A stretch of 64,000 nucleotides of DNA from Isurus oxyrinchus (lineage: Eukaryota). Below are positions 49,170-61,856 of this stretch, piece by piece. The notes beneath the pieces were generated by a model that was not told the DNA's origin, did no database searches, and was given only the letters and a program-made list of their open reading frames with translations. The stretch covers positions 1,178,001-1,242,000 of the forward strand of contig JANJGN010000037.1 of assembly GCA_026770705.1 (NCBI GenBank), given 5' to 3'. Position numbers and translations under genes: made by a program. How positions within the stretch are numbered: the first letter of the stretch is position 1; every line of letters begins with the position of its first letter.

Positions 49170-50045
49170 AAATAAAGAGAGAAAATGCTGGAAATATACC
49201 GCAATCATACAGCATAAAATGGCAAGCAACAGGGAGGTTTGGGTCATTCTTGCGGACAGACCGCAGGTGTTCTGCAAAGCGGTTGCCCAGTTTATGTTTG
49301 GTCTCTCCAATGTGTCTCTACAATGTAGAGACATTGCCATTTTAACACTCCACCCTGCTCTCTTACCCACATGTCTGTCCTTGGCTTGCTGCATTGTTCC
49401 AGTGAAGCCCAACACAAACTGGAGGAACAACACCTCATCTTCCGACTAGGCACGTTACAGCCTTCCGGACTGAATATTGAATTCAACAACTTTAGGTCTT
49501 GAGCTCCCCCCTCCATCCCCACCCCCTTTCTGTTTCCCCCTTCCTTTTGTTTTTTTTTCCAATAAATTATATAGATTTTTCTTTTCCCAAATATTTCCAT
49601 TATTTTAAAATATTTTAAATCTTTTATGCTCCCCCACCTCCACTAGAGCTATACCTTGAGTGCCCTACCATCCATTCTTAATTAGCACATTCGTTTAGAT
49701 AATATCACCGACTTTAACACCTATGTGTTCTTTTGTTCTGTTGTTTATGACATCTTTTGATGATCTGCTTCTATCACTGCTTTTGCCTACAACCACACCA
49801 CCCCCTCCACTTCTCTCTCTCGCTCCCCTCCCCACACCCACCCCCCTCCCCCCTCCCCAACACCTTAAACCAGCTTTATATTTCAACTCTTTCTTGAACT
49901 CGAACTCAAGTTCTGTCGAAGGGTCATGAGGACTGAAACGTCAACTCTTTTCTTCTCCGCCGATGCTGCAAGACCTGTTGAGTTTTTCCAGGTAATTCTG
50001 TTTTTGTTTTGGATTTCCAGCATCCGCAGTTTTTTTGTTTTTATA
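49170..50045 (+). mobile_element. Penelope-like element 3' part with an inverted 5' segment
   Basis: Minus 49215-49315 reads IGETKHKLGNRFAEHLRSVRKNDPNLPVACHF. Plus 49334-49500 reads CHFNTPPCSLTHMSVLGLLHCSSEAQHKLEEQHLIFRLGTLQPSGLNIEFNNFR (GIY-YIG). A pyrimidine-rich tail and a hammerhead-like motif follow. Confidence 0.85.
49909..49946 (+). ncRNA. Minimal type I hammerhead ribozyme-like motif (variant core)
   Basis: AGTT-CTGTCGA-A-GGGTC-ATGAG-GACT-GAAAC-GTC-AACT: stem I AGTT/AACT, stem II, palindromic ACGT stem III and a GUC site. A6 is replaced by U. Confidence 0.55.
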
Positions 50046-50559
50046 TATAGGCCGTTTTATATCTCCCGGAGCATTCTGGGAAGCGTTATCGGCCATTTCA
50101 TTATAAACTCTAACACGGGAGGAAGCATTTGTGTTAATAGTTTCTGTGCAAGTTCTTTAGAAGCAAATTAGCCCCATTCCCATTCTTCTTTACAATAGCC
50201 TTAAAACATTGTCCCTCCTGTGTTTACTCTTGAAAGTTTATTTTTAATCGGCGTGCACCACTATTTTCCACAGAGCATTCAAGACCACAACAACTCACAG
50301 CCTTACAAAGAAATGACAAGGGATGATCCATTCAATGTGGAAGGTGTAGGGGAGGAGGGTGAGGACAAGGGAAGCCTAAAAGCATTCTGGGAGAGAGCGA
50401 ATTGGTGAGAGCAGAGCTCGCGAAATGGAACAGAAATGCTTGAGGGCCCTGTCAATCACAGATTAGAGAGATAACCAGTTGAGAAAAAAGGAAGTAAAAT
50501 TAGCAGTGTTGGTATGGAATCTTACCTGTCCTCACCAAAACACTCATTCCAGCTGAAAC

Positions 50560-51060
50560 AGTGATTTATGTGTATTTTCTTCAATTTGGCACCCCGTATT
50601 CACTGTTCACAATGATGGTCTGATCGATGTTAGCCAGTTTCAGTGATTGCTTTGATGAACATCTGCTCAGTCAGCAAATACGACACTGAGTTTCCAATCT
50701 CCTGTGATTTTAATTTTATATCTTGTTCTCACACTGATCTTTCTGTCCTTGGTATCCTGCAGTGTTCTAATGAATCTCAGTGTAAACTCCAGGAACCATG
50801 TCTCATCTTTAAATTGAGCACGTTAAAATCTTCCAGTCTCAACATTGAGTACAACAAATTGAGAATGTAATCACAATCCCCATTATGTATCTTTTCCATT
50901 GGATATTCACATTTTTATCTTGTTTATGCTTTTGGATGGCAGCTGTTCATCATCCCATCATTCACACCTCCTTTCGACACATCTTTTGTTTTGTTACTTA
51001 TCCATTTACCTTAACCTGGCACCATCAACTCTTTTGTCATTTAACCTCTCCTGCCGTCCA
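50560..51060 (+). mobile_element. Older Penelope GIY-YIG remnant
   Basis: ORF 50643-50870 ...CSHTDLSVLGILQCSNESQCKLQEPCLIFKLSTLKSSSLNIEYN. Confidence 0.75.
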
Positions 51061-51890
51061 CCTTGATTTGGAAACCACAAGAGAAAAATGTTATATTAGA
51101 TTTATTAATAAGTAACAAGAGAGAGTTAATTAATATTCTGAAAGTAAATGAGCACCTAGTAATGAGTGACCACAATATATTAGAGGCAGGGAAAGGTCAC
51201 AGAAATGTAACAATTTTCACCTAAAGTAAGGTCGGTAAGGGCAGAATGAGCAGGAAGCTAAAGAAATGAAAATGTGAACAGCTATCAAAAGGCTAAACGA
51301 AACAATCAGAGGCACTCAAAGGTGTTTTCAGTACATTAGGTGTCTGACCCAAGGTCGAAGGAAGGAAACTTCACTTGCTCACTTCATGGTGAATTTGGAA
51401 CTGAATTCCACCTTTTAAACCAATAATTAAGCAGGAATTGTGATATCTGCCCAAATATTGATTAACTGCCTTTGACATGATGCTGTCTTCACTATGATGA
51501 TTCTCTCATCCTCAATGGTACATGTCGCAGTGAAGGAAGCTGTTGTCCAAACTAAAATGATGAATTACTGCAGGGGTATCATTTAGATCGGACATACTGC
51601 ACCTAATAAATGTCAACTTCACAATATTTTTCCATCTGAGAAATTTCTTATTCAGGTAATGATGGAGTGATAGTGAACGAGAGAAGAACATTCAGGCTGT
51701 GCCAGCTTATTGCGAGAAATGGGCTGGTCTCGGCTGGTGTGTGTTTGCAGCAATTGCAGCTAGAGACTTCGTGTGAACAAAAACAATTTGGGATACTTGT
51801 TGCAAACTGAAATGTTCACAGGAAGAGAGATTCCGATGTTAAGACGTGCAAACTGTAAAGAAAAATCAGATAAGTTTGTGAGAATATAAA

Positions 51891-51962
51891 TAGCAGAGGA
51901 TGGTTTCGATCCATCGACCTCTGGGTTATGGGCCCAGCACGCTTCCGCTGCGCCACTCTGCT
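51891..51962 (-). tRNA. Initiator tRNA-Met(CAT)
   Basis: Minus strand AGCAGAGTGGCGCAGCGGAAGCGTGCTGGGCCCATAACCCAGAGGTCGATGGATCGAAACCATCCTCTGCTA is the canonical vertebrate tRNA-iMet (A1:U72, GATC T-loop). A T5 terminator lies at 51861-51865. Confidence 0.98.
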
Positions 51963-52219
51963 GCACATGGGGAACAGTGGATGAATGTAATTTTGTGTAT
52001 TAGGGAGATAAATAGTCAATTGTTTTGTGTTTTTGAGCGAGAGAAAACGTGTTGGGAGGATCACCTTGGCTGCACAACTCCACTTTGCAACACCAGAAAC
52101 AGACAGAAACACACAGACAAAAAGGCAGCAAGAGGCTGCCAGGATACACAAGATGACAGAGAAAGATGCCGAGCAAATTAGCAAGACACTGAGGTGGAGA
52201 AACTGATCATTTGTCTAAA

Positions 52220-53060
52220 CTATTCCCTGCTCTACAGAGATGTCCACTGTTTGTAATAATGAGTTCTGCTGTGTAACTGTGCACCCTGTTGTGTAACTGT
52301 GCACCCTGTTGTGCAACGGTGATCTCTCTTGTGGACCTGTGCCCCTTTTTTTGTAACTGTGCATTCTGTTTTGTGTATATGCCCCCTGTTGTATAACTGT
52401 GCTCTCTGTTGCATAACTTTGATCTTTGTTGGCGAGACTGTGTTCTCTGTTGTGCAACTATGCTCTCTGCTGTGTTACTGTGCCCTCTGCTGTGTAAGTC
52501 TGCCCCCTGTTGTGCAACTGTGCTCTCTTGTGTAACTGTGCTCTCTGTTCTATAACTCCGCCCTCAATTGTGTAACTGTGCCCTCTGTTGTCTATCTGTG
52601 CTCTCTGTTGTGTAATGTGTTATCTGTTGTGTCACTGTGCTGTCTGCTGTGTTACTGTGCCTTCTGTTGTTTAACTATGCCCTCTGTTGTGGAGCTGTGC
52701 TCTCTGTGTGTAACTCTGCCCTCTATTGTGTAACTGTGTCCTCTGTTTTTTAACAATGCTTTCCGTTGTGTGACTGTGCCCCTGTTGCGTAAAGTGTGCT
52801 CCCTGTTGTGCAACTGTGCACTCTGATGTTGAGAGATCTTCACCGTTGTGTAATGCACCTCCCTGTCATGCAAACGTATTGCCAGCTGTGTAAAAATGTT
52901 CTCTGTTGTCTCAAGATGCTCCCTATTCTGTAAATATGTTCTCTGTTGCTCAGTGAAGATGTTTTCTGTTGGGAAAATATTTTCTTCCTGGGGTCTTGAT
53001 GTTCGCTGTCATGTTAATGTGTTCCATGTTGTGTTCAGATGTTGTCTCTTCCTGTGTGAA
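52220..53060. repeat. ~20-bp minisatellite (TGTAACTGTGCYCTCTGTTG)
   Basis: Dozens of imperfect tandem copies that decay toward 53 kb. Confidence 0.9.
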
Positions 53061-53477
53061 AATCTGGTTAAGCCGCAACTGGAAAACAGTCATCAATTCT
53101 TGACTATATCTGTTACCTTCTAGGAGTGAATGAGATTGTGCGATACATCCTGAGAACTCTGTTAATAGACGTGAGCGAGATTTGTTCTGTATATGTCCAT
53201 CACAGATAGTGTTTGTGAGTGTAGGATTCATTCTGCATCTCTGTCTCTGGAACAGCTTGTGAGAGTAGGATTTCTTCTTTATGGGTCAATGCCTGGTACT
53301 ACATGTGAGGGTGAGATTAATTCTGTATCAGGCACTGCTACTGAATGTCAATGTGGGAATCATTCTGCGTCTATCAGACCCCATTACTGCCAGGGGAAAT
53401 GGGATTAATTCTGTCTCTGAATGTCTCCATTATTCTTATTATTATTCAGACCTTCAGGATAGAGGACGATTTGCTTC

Positions 53478-53482
53478 CTCTA

Positions 53483-53518
<36 letters not shown>

Positions 53519-53530
53519 TTCTCTCTTCCA
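53478..53530. repeat. (CT)n microsatellite
   Basis: Read directly from the sequence. Confidence 0.9.
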
Positions 53531-54139
53531 CTCTGAACAGAGTCAGTGTCTGATTCCACGACAGTCCTGCAACACGCGGCTACTGCAGACCAAGGATTTG
53601 GATTATTCTACAACAATTTCCTGTCATCCAGAAACAATCCACTGCTCCATGAATGGGACTGAGTGATAGAGCAGGGAGTTCTGCACAGGTCAAATTACTA
53701 CTTCCCACTCTCGGGATCCACTTATATTTTTATTTGTTCACGGGACGTACGAATCACTGACAAGGCCAGGATATGTTGCCTATCCCTAATTGCCCTTCAG
53801 ACCAGACCCTGCTTGAGTTGCTGCTTTTAATTTTCTGTTTTTTTGCAATGACTATTAATTGAAACAAATGCTTTGGTCTATTTTGTATTTGCTACCTCCT
53901 CTCTCTTTGGATTATTATAAGTAACTTTTTCTTCCTACAGGCAAATATTTGACAACAGCAGAATCAAAGTAGTGATTCCATAACAAAAGGAGAAGTGCAG
54001 CCAGCTCGTTCTCACAGAGTAAGTACAGATCACTCACAGACAGCAGAGACATCAGTTCCACAAGCACCAACATCACTGTAAGATAAGAGCAAAATAGTGC
54101 AAATGCTGGAACTCTGAAAGATTAAAGATTTAATACAGA

Positions 54140-54390
54140 GATGAGAAGACCTTTTATTCTCGCTGAGGTTCTTAAGTCTTTGGAACTCTCTTCCTCAAAA
54201 GAGAATGGAAGCGGAGTCTCTGAATACTTTTAAAGCAAGGGTAGACCCTTGAAAGCAAATGGGTGAGAGGGGAGGCAGGAATGTGGAGTTGAGGTTACAA
54301 TCAGATCAAAAATGACCTTACTGAATCGTGGAGCAAACTCAAGGGAACGAGTGGCCTATTCCTGCTCTTTATTCCTTCTGTTCTTATGTT
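54140..54390 (+). mobile_element. CR1 3' fragment
   Basis: LWNSLPQK-type tail ending GAGTGGCCTATTCCTGCTC...TTCTTATGTT. Confidence 0.75.
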
Positions 54391-54777
54391 CATTAACCTG
54401 GAACTCTAAATTCCTGCTACGCTGCCATCTCCACTAATAAAACTGCCACCGAAACCAAACAGCCACTGTTTCAAACGTGCCTGTCTTCTCACCTTGTGCC
54501 TACAATAGCTGCTCTTTGTCTGATGCCCCACATCCTGACTGTCTGACTCTGTTCCGACTCCTCACTCTCCAATATCAAAACACCGGGGGAGTTGGAACTC
54601 AACAAGGAATATTCACTGCTGCTTTGTGGAGAGAAAGCAGCAATGATTTTTCAATAACAGCTTCTTGCCATTCTGTCTCCCTCCTCCCAGGAGGCTGCTG
54701 TTTGTTCCATCACCCCAGGATTGTGATCTTTCTGTTGGCGGCTCTTCAAATCCCAGGTAGAGCTGGGGGACAGCCGG

Positions 54778-54838
54778 GCGCATGCGCTCTTCCACTCCCA
54801 CCCATTGATCTCTGTTGGGTCGGAATTACGCATGCGCA
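54778..54838. promoter_or_regulatory. Pair of NRF1-type palindromes
   Basis: GCGCATGCGC at 54778-54787 and ACGCATGCGCA at 54828-54838. Confidence 0.5.
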
Positions 54839-55244
54839 GAATTCTACAACATTCCATGAAACAATTTTGCAGTGAAACGTTCTCCAATTCACTTTTATCC
54901 GAGATTAGCAAATGATCTGGAGATCATGGGAAAGGGGATGGTGAAAACTGGGACTCGCCCCGTTAAGAAACTCAACCTGGGATCTTTCTGTGCAGCTTGT
55001 TTGGTGTTCAGGGACATGTCTTCACAAAGCAATCCTACAGAATCATTGAAGGAACCCGGGAATCGGGGTGTTTGCTGGGACTGTGCTCAAGTTAATATCA
55101 GACAGGAACTCTCCAGATTAATTCAATCTAAGTGAAACACTCACTCACTGAGAGTGATACCCAACAGCCCTGAGCTTCAAGGTGTACAACAGGGAACCGA
55201 GGTTTAAACATGGGCCATTGTTTCTCACTCACTGAGACTGTCAT

Positions 55245-55990
55245 AGAGACATACAGTCATAGAGTCTTGGAGAAATTGCTGCTCAGAAGGAGGCCATTCA
55301 GCCCATCCAGTCCATACTGACTGTCTGTAGAATAATCCAGTCAGTCCCATTCTCCTGCTCTATCCCTGCAACTTTATTACCCACAGACGCCCACCCAATT
55401 TCCATTTGAAATCATTCACCATCTCCATTTCCACAATGCCCATAGGGATCAAGATCCAGCTCATTACCCAGAGTATAACAAAGTTCTTGCACACATCCCC
55501 CTGCACATCTTGTCTTAAATTTTAAATCCATGTCTCCTAAGCCTTCAACTCTCAGCTAATGGGAACTGCTTTCCTTTGTCTACCTGATCTAAACAATTTT
55601 GTTCACCTATCTCAGACCTCCCTTCAATCTCGGCTGCTTCAAGGAGAGCAGCTCTGGATTCCGCAAACAAACTTTGCAGCTATCATCCCTCATGACTGGA
55701 AATATTCTAGTAAATCTCCTTTGCACCTTCTCAAAGACTCTCATCCTTCCAAAAGTGTGGTGACCAGAAATGGATAGAATATTGTAGTTGCAGCCTAACC
55801 AGAGCTTTTTAAAGGTTAAACATAACGTTCCTACTTTTATACTCAGCATCTCTGTTGATGAAACGAAAAATCCCATCTGTTTTCTTAACCACTCCCTCAA
55901 AGTCTCCTCTCACCTTCAAAGAGCTAAAGATTTTCGGTCCCTCTGACCTTGCACAATTTTTAGAACTGGACCATATAGTTTATACTGCCT
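55245..55990 (-). mobile_element. CR1 ORF2 3' fragment
   Basis: ORF ...FEKVQRRFTRIFPVMRD...LLSLKQPRLKG with the 3' end GGCCATTCAGCCC at ~55292 on the plus strand. Confidence 0.8.
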
Positions 55991-56597
55991 CTCTTCTGTT
56001 AAAATACAGCATTTTTTTTCCTGAGTGTGGGATTAATAATATGTCTCTGTTACAATATCATTGCAATCTGAGACTGCAGCTTCTGCCTCTCCATGAGAAT
56101 CTTTCTGGGTAAAACCAGAGTTTACAAGGATTTCTGCAACTGGTGCACTGTCTCTGTCTCACCGCCCTCACTCACTCTGTCTCTATCAATCCCTCCACCC
56201 CCTCTCTTATGAACTCCACATGAAGGCGGGACAGTGTTGTTTAGTGGCTGAGTGCACAAAATCAGTATCTTCAAATGACCAAAAAATAAATCTGCTTCTG
56301 AACAAGATCATAATTTAAACCAGTTACAGGTGAACCCAGGCACAGCTATGATTGGCTGCAGTCTCCTGAATCTGAGGAACAGAAACTGTGAAGAGCTCGG
56401 ATCTCAGAGGGTTTAACAGTTACTAAGCAGGGAAACTACAACTAATTCCCGAGAATCCACAACACAGGCCGAGAGGAGAGGAAAGCCTGTCCTGGGAGCT
56501 GTAAATCCGAGACACAGTTTGCCCTGTCAATGTGCAGATGTGAACATTGTATCAGCGAGAGTGAGTTAAAGGGGCAGGCGGGTTAGACTAATGTCAA

Positions 56598-56958
56598 TGT
56601 GTTTGTGTGTCCGGACTCAGCGCCAGATTTCCGAGTGCTTCTTATGTAAAATCACAAGATTTCCCTGTAATTGGATCGTGATGCTCCTCTGTTCAGCCCT
56701 GAAGAGAGAATTTAAGGCAAAGTTTTGGTTAATTTCAAGATTTCAGCGGAAACACGGAGAAGAAGTCAGCGCTCGGCTGAAAGGGCGCGATCAAAGCAGC
56801 AAAGAAACGGGTTTAAATCGAAATTGCTGCCTTTAATTCGGATGGAACTTTCTCGACAACAAAGATTCGGATTTTGTTAACAGAAGGAAGCGGATGTGGG
56901 AATCTGAAATATCCAATTTGAACTGGAATTGGGGAGTTTATGAGGAGAGAGAAACACA
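56598..56958 (+). promoter_or_regulatory. H1 promoter TG box (TGTGTTT, 56598-56604) and H1/AC box (AAACACA, 56952-56958)
   Basis: Both motifs are read directly, 354 bp apart start-to-start, upstream of the H1 ATG. Confidence 0.65.
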
Positions 56959-57102
56959 GAGAGGCTGGAGGAGCTGGGAGCTGACAGCAGGTTGTCTCTG
57001 CCCCGTCCGCTCTCTGCCTTTAAGTTGCTCTGAGCCGCCACCACTGGTTTCATTTGTGATCCAGTTCTGACTGTCAGAGAGATTTTCCACAGAGTCTCGG
57101 AT

Positions 57103-57771
57103 ATGAGTGATACTGCAGCCGCCGAAACGGCTCCTCCAGCCGCTGCCGCTCAAGTCAAACCTCCCAAGAAGAAGAAGGCGGCTCCCCGATCGAAGGCAGC
57201 CGGTCCCAAGTTAGGCGAACAGATCCTGAAGATTGTGGCGGGTTGCAGCGATCGCAAGGGGATGTCCCTGTCCGCGATAAAGAAAGCTTTGTCTGGCAGC
57301 GGTGTCGATGTGGGGAAGCTGGGCTCCCAGATCAGGTTAAGTATCAGGAGGAAGGTGGAGAGCGGCTCCCTGGTGCAGGTAAAGGGACAGGGCGCCTCCG
57401 GTTCCTTCAAAATCCCTAAGAAGGAATCCCAGGGGAAAGTGGGAAAGAAGGAGAAGAAACCAACAGCCAAGAAATCTTTAGTAAAGAAACCAGCGGCCAA
57501 GAAGGTGAAAACAAAGAAAGCAGCAGCCAAGAAATCTCCAGCCAGGAAAGTAGCAGCCAAGAAATCCCCAGCGAAGAAAGCAACAGTCAAGAAAACAAGC
57601 AGCAAGAAGGCGGCAACTCCAAAAAAGCCGGTGAAGAAAGCAGCGCTGAAGAAAAAATCTCCCGCCAAGAAGCTCACGGGCGGAAAGGCTTTAAAAAAAG
57701 TGGATAAATCGAAGGCCAAACCCAAAGTGAAAACAGCAAAGGCTAAGAAAGCAGCGCCAGGAAAGAAGTGA
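57103..57771 (+). CDS. H1: Histone H1 (replication-dependent, 222 aa)
   Basis: Globular domain (DRKGMSLSAIKKAL...LVQVKGQGASGSFK), K/A/P-rich tail with SPxK motifs, and a 3' stem-loop. Confidence 0.97.
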   Translation: MSDTAAAETAPPAAAAQVKPPKKKKAAPRSKAAGPKLGEQILKIVAGCSDRKGMSLSAIKKALSGSGVDVGKLGSQIRLSIRRKVESGSLVQVKGQGASGSFKIPKKESQGKVGKKEKKPTAKKSLVKKPAAKKVKTKKAAAKKSPARKVAAKKSPAKKATVKKTSSKKAATPKKPVKKAALKKKSPAKKLTGGKALKKVDKSKAKPKVKTAKAKKAAPGKK

Positions 57772-57807
57772 AACCAGCCGAGTAAATTGTAAACCTCTGA
57801 ACACAAA

Positions 57808-57848
57808 GGCTCTTCTCAGAGCCACCCACGTCTCTCAGGAAAGAGCTG
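57808..57848 (+). terminator. Histone 3' stem-loop plus histone downstream element (HDE), H1
   Basis: GGCTCTTCTCAGAGCC-ACCCA followed by AAAGAGCTG. Confidence 0.95.
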
Positions 57849-58492
57849 ATCCCCGAATCAAACGTCCCTGTCCCGGCGCTGGGAGCAGGTTTCACACAAA
57901 TGATTTATATTCAATTGAAAATTCCCGGTATCTCACTGACATGCACTATACCCAGCCCCTCCCCCACTCTGCAATAAAACAGCGGTGTCCGTGCCCCATT
58001 GTAACTGGGGATTTGTTCAGCTGCTCTTTCAGTTTCTGCTCGTATCCTTTTCACAGATTCAGAGTGAGAGTGTAAGACAGTTACCCGGGCGGAGAAACAA
58101 CTCAAAGCCCAACACATGAGTTTGTCTAATTCAGCTGAAGTGAGGTGTCGGTAAACTGCTCAACCCGCCTGGAGGGGAGATGTGTGGGGATAGAATAGAA
58201 GCTGGGATTGAAGTGGAAACAGACGGGTTTGACGGGATGAAGTTTATGCACTTGGGCTGGAATATTACAGAATTTTATTTGTAAAGATCTGCATTTAAAA
58301 GCTGTGGGTTTCTAGAACAGTTGAACAAGAAGCCACAATCTATAAGTTTGTGCCGACCGCTGTGTTCACTTCCATTGACGAGAATGTAAAAAAATATTTC
58401 GGTTCGAGCAGGCAGGGGGCGGAGCTGGATTCCTCTAATCTATCTGTCACTCACTCTCCTCCCCGCCCCGCCTCTCACTCTCTGTCCCTTTC

Positions 58493-58521
58493 TCAGTCAG
58501 GTCGGGGCGGGCTCTATAAAA
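58493..58521 (+). promoter_or_regulatory. H4 promoter: site-II-like TCAGTCAGGTC, GC box and TATA
   Basis: TCAGTCAGGTCGGGGCGGGCTCTATAAAA. Confidence 0.7.
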
Positions 58522-58568
58522 GAGGAACCTGAAACAGCTCGGCTCATATTCTGCAGCGATCTGAGTGA

Positions 58569-58889
<321 letters not shown>

Positions 58890-58924
58890 ACAACTCGAAA
58901 CTTTCTACCGAACACAACAACAAA

Positions 58925-58940
58925 GGCTCTTTTAAGAGCC
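58925..58940 (+). terminator. Histone 3' stem-loop (H4)
   Basis: GGCTCTTTTAAGAGCC-ACCCA with a purine-rich HDE downstream. Confidence 0.95.
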
Positions 58941-59204
58941 ACCCACCAGCTCACAGAGAGCAGAGACCTGGGAACGGGGCTGGGATGCGCTGTAATCGGC
59001 AATGTTAGTGCCTGATTTGTTCTTGCGGGGAATATACTGAGAATCTGTTCAATTTTTTATTTATCCGGATGGCACATTCTGCACTGACACTGAAAAGACT
59101 CTGCACTGCCTCATATTTTCGATAGATTTTGTTTTAGATGAACAATTAGTCAGGTAATAATGACAGGATCCGGTGGTCCCTCTGACACCAGCCGTTCAAT
59201 CCGT

Positions 59205-59315
59205 CAGAGGAGTTGAGTTTACAATCCGATCAGCCATGATCTCACTGAATGGCGGAGCAGGGTCGATGGGCTGAGTGGCCTCCTGCTCCTAATCACAATA
59301 TTCGCACGTATGTTC
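59205..59315 (+). mobile_element. Short CR1 3'-UTR fragment
   Basis: GATCAGCCATGATCTCACTGAATGGCGGAGCAGG...GGGCTGAGTGGCCTCCTGCTCC, homologous to 46570-46640. Confidence 0.75.
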
Positions 59316-59782
59316 GTGAAGACTCAGACCGGGAACAGCGGGAGATTCGAGCCGCTCTTTATCGGCATGAACAGCCCAGAATGAGGGCAAGGGGAAGGGT
59401 GCCCCCAGCACCGGTTCTATTTTATTACCCATTCCATTCCCTGACGTGAGCGCCGATTTCGAGGGTTGGTTGTGCTGTAGGGAGCAATGGACAGCCCTTC
59501 AATTTTTGCCTCGGAAATTCAGCGCTGCCTTTACACAGTTCAAAATACAGACTTGTGTTTCTGTCAAAAATGAGCAGGTTCACCAGGATGATACCGGGCT
59601 TAAAAATTGCCGGGACAGGTTACATGAACTGGAATTTCATTGGGGTTAGGAAATAGTGAGTGAGAGTGAAAAATTGTATGTATTATTTTCAAAAAAGTGT
59701 AGAACTAAGTCTATTGTCAAGACGGTAAACGGCTGCATAAAAAAGGCGGAATTTTTGAAACAGGCAATTAAAAACAACTCGA

Positions 59783-59899
59783 CCAATGGGGACCTGAGTT
59801 TTCAGGGATTAATTCATTGGTTAGATTTTGGATGAAACTGCCTGGGCGTAAGGCTGCAGCCAATTACTGTTCGGGGCGGTTCCTCAAAGAGTTTAAAAA
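59783..59899 (+). promoter_or_regulatory. H3 promoter: CCAAT boxes, GC box and TATA-like element
   Basis: CCAAT at 59783 and 59860, ATTGG at 59816, GGGGCGG, and TTTAAAAA at 59892. Confidence 0.65.
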
Positions 59900-59954
59900 G
59901 GCGGATTTTAGAGCAGACTGTATTAGTAGTTCTTGTATCTCAGATTGTAGTTAA

Positions 59955-60377
<423 letters not shown>

Positions 60378-60406
60378 AAGCCGGTTTCAGCACCAAGTAC
60401 AACAAC

Positions 60407-60448
60407 GGCTCTTTTAAGAGCCACTAAATCGACAAATGAAAAGAGCTG
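60407..60448 (+). terminator. Histone 3' stem-loop plus HDE (H3)
   Basis: GGCTCTTTTAAGAGCC followed by GAAAAGAGCTG. Confidence 0.95.
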
Positions 60449-60759
60449 CGATCTCCTGTTGACCACTCCAACACTTAGACGTCTCGAAGATACAATTTAT
60501 TCTCGCACCAGTTCATTTGTCTTGGCTGCATAGCGCTTGTAGAATTGAGAGAATACAGATGAGGCAGTTATCAATTGCAGCTTAGGTTATGAGAGCGAAT
60601 ATTTTAGGGCTCGGATTTTTATTCAACGAATTGCGGCACAGGGTGAGGTACCGTTTGGAAGTCAATACTCATTATTATTATTATTATTATAAGGTAACAC
60701 TAGGAGCAAGAAGTGAGTGCCCAAGAGTAACTCCAGTGCTCAGATATAGTTGATGGTTG

Positions 60760-61265
60760 TCATTAGTTAGTTATACAGCAATGAAATAGGCCGCTCGTGT
60801 CCTTGCCGGACTGAATATCCTTGATTAATCATTGCCTCTCCAAGTGGAAATTGTGACCCTGAGAATCTTTTTCAAAAGGCTCCGTACCACTGATGTTAGA
60901 CTCACTGGCCTATAGTTCTCTGGTTTATCCCTAAGCCCCCTTCTTGAATAATGGAAACTATTAGCTGTCCTCCAGTCCTTTCACCTCTCCTGTGGTCAGA
61001 GAAAATTTGAAACTTAATAACAGGGTCCCTGCAATCTCCTCCCTTGCCTTCCACAGCAGCTGGGACACATCTCATCTGCCCCTATAGGAAGGATGTTGTT
61101 GCACTAGAGAGATCATAGGGTTATACAGCAGAAACAGGTCCTTCTGCCCATCGTATCCGTGCCGACCATCGAGCACCTATCTACTCTAATTCTATTCTCC
61201 AGCACTTGACCCGTAGACCTTTCAGTTATGTCGTTTCGAGAGCTCATCTAAATACATCTCAAACG
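60760..61265. mobile_element. Short decayed CR1 fragments between H3 and H2A
   Basis: Reverse-oriented CR1 3' ends (TACAGCAGAAACAGGTCCTTCTGCCCATCG) and an NYRPVSLTSVV-like remnant on the minus strand at ~60880-60920. Confidence 0.6.
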
Positions 61266-61366
61266 TTGCGGGAGTTCTTGTTTTGCCATTATAGGTGTAG
61301 AATCAATTACAAATTCGGCACGGCCGCGCACAGACAATAGGTCACCCTTTCACGTATCCTGTGAGT

Positions 61367-61382
61367 GGCTCTGAAAAGAGCC
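61367..61382 (-). terminator. Histone 3' stem-loop (H2A)
   Basis: Minus strand GGCTCTTTTCAGAGCC, with an HDE-like GAAAGGGTG downstream. Confidence 0.95.
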
Positions 61383-61412
61383 TTTGGGTTATTAGATTAA
61401 AGAATGGCCGCT

Positions 61413-61856
<444 letters not shown>

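Noticed and set aside
52220-53060. CRISPR-like array
   Set aside because: Degenerate contiguous tandem repeats without unique spacers, no cas genes, and a vertebrate context.
57150-57806. 218-aa antisense ORF over H1 (also the antisense ORFs over H4, H2A and H2B)
   Set aside because: Shadow frames caused by histone codon bias.
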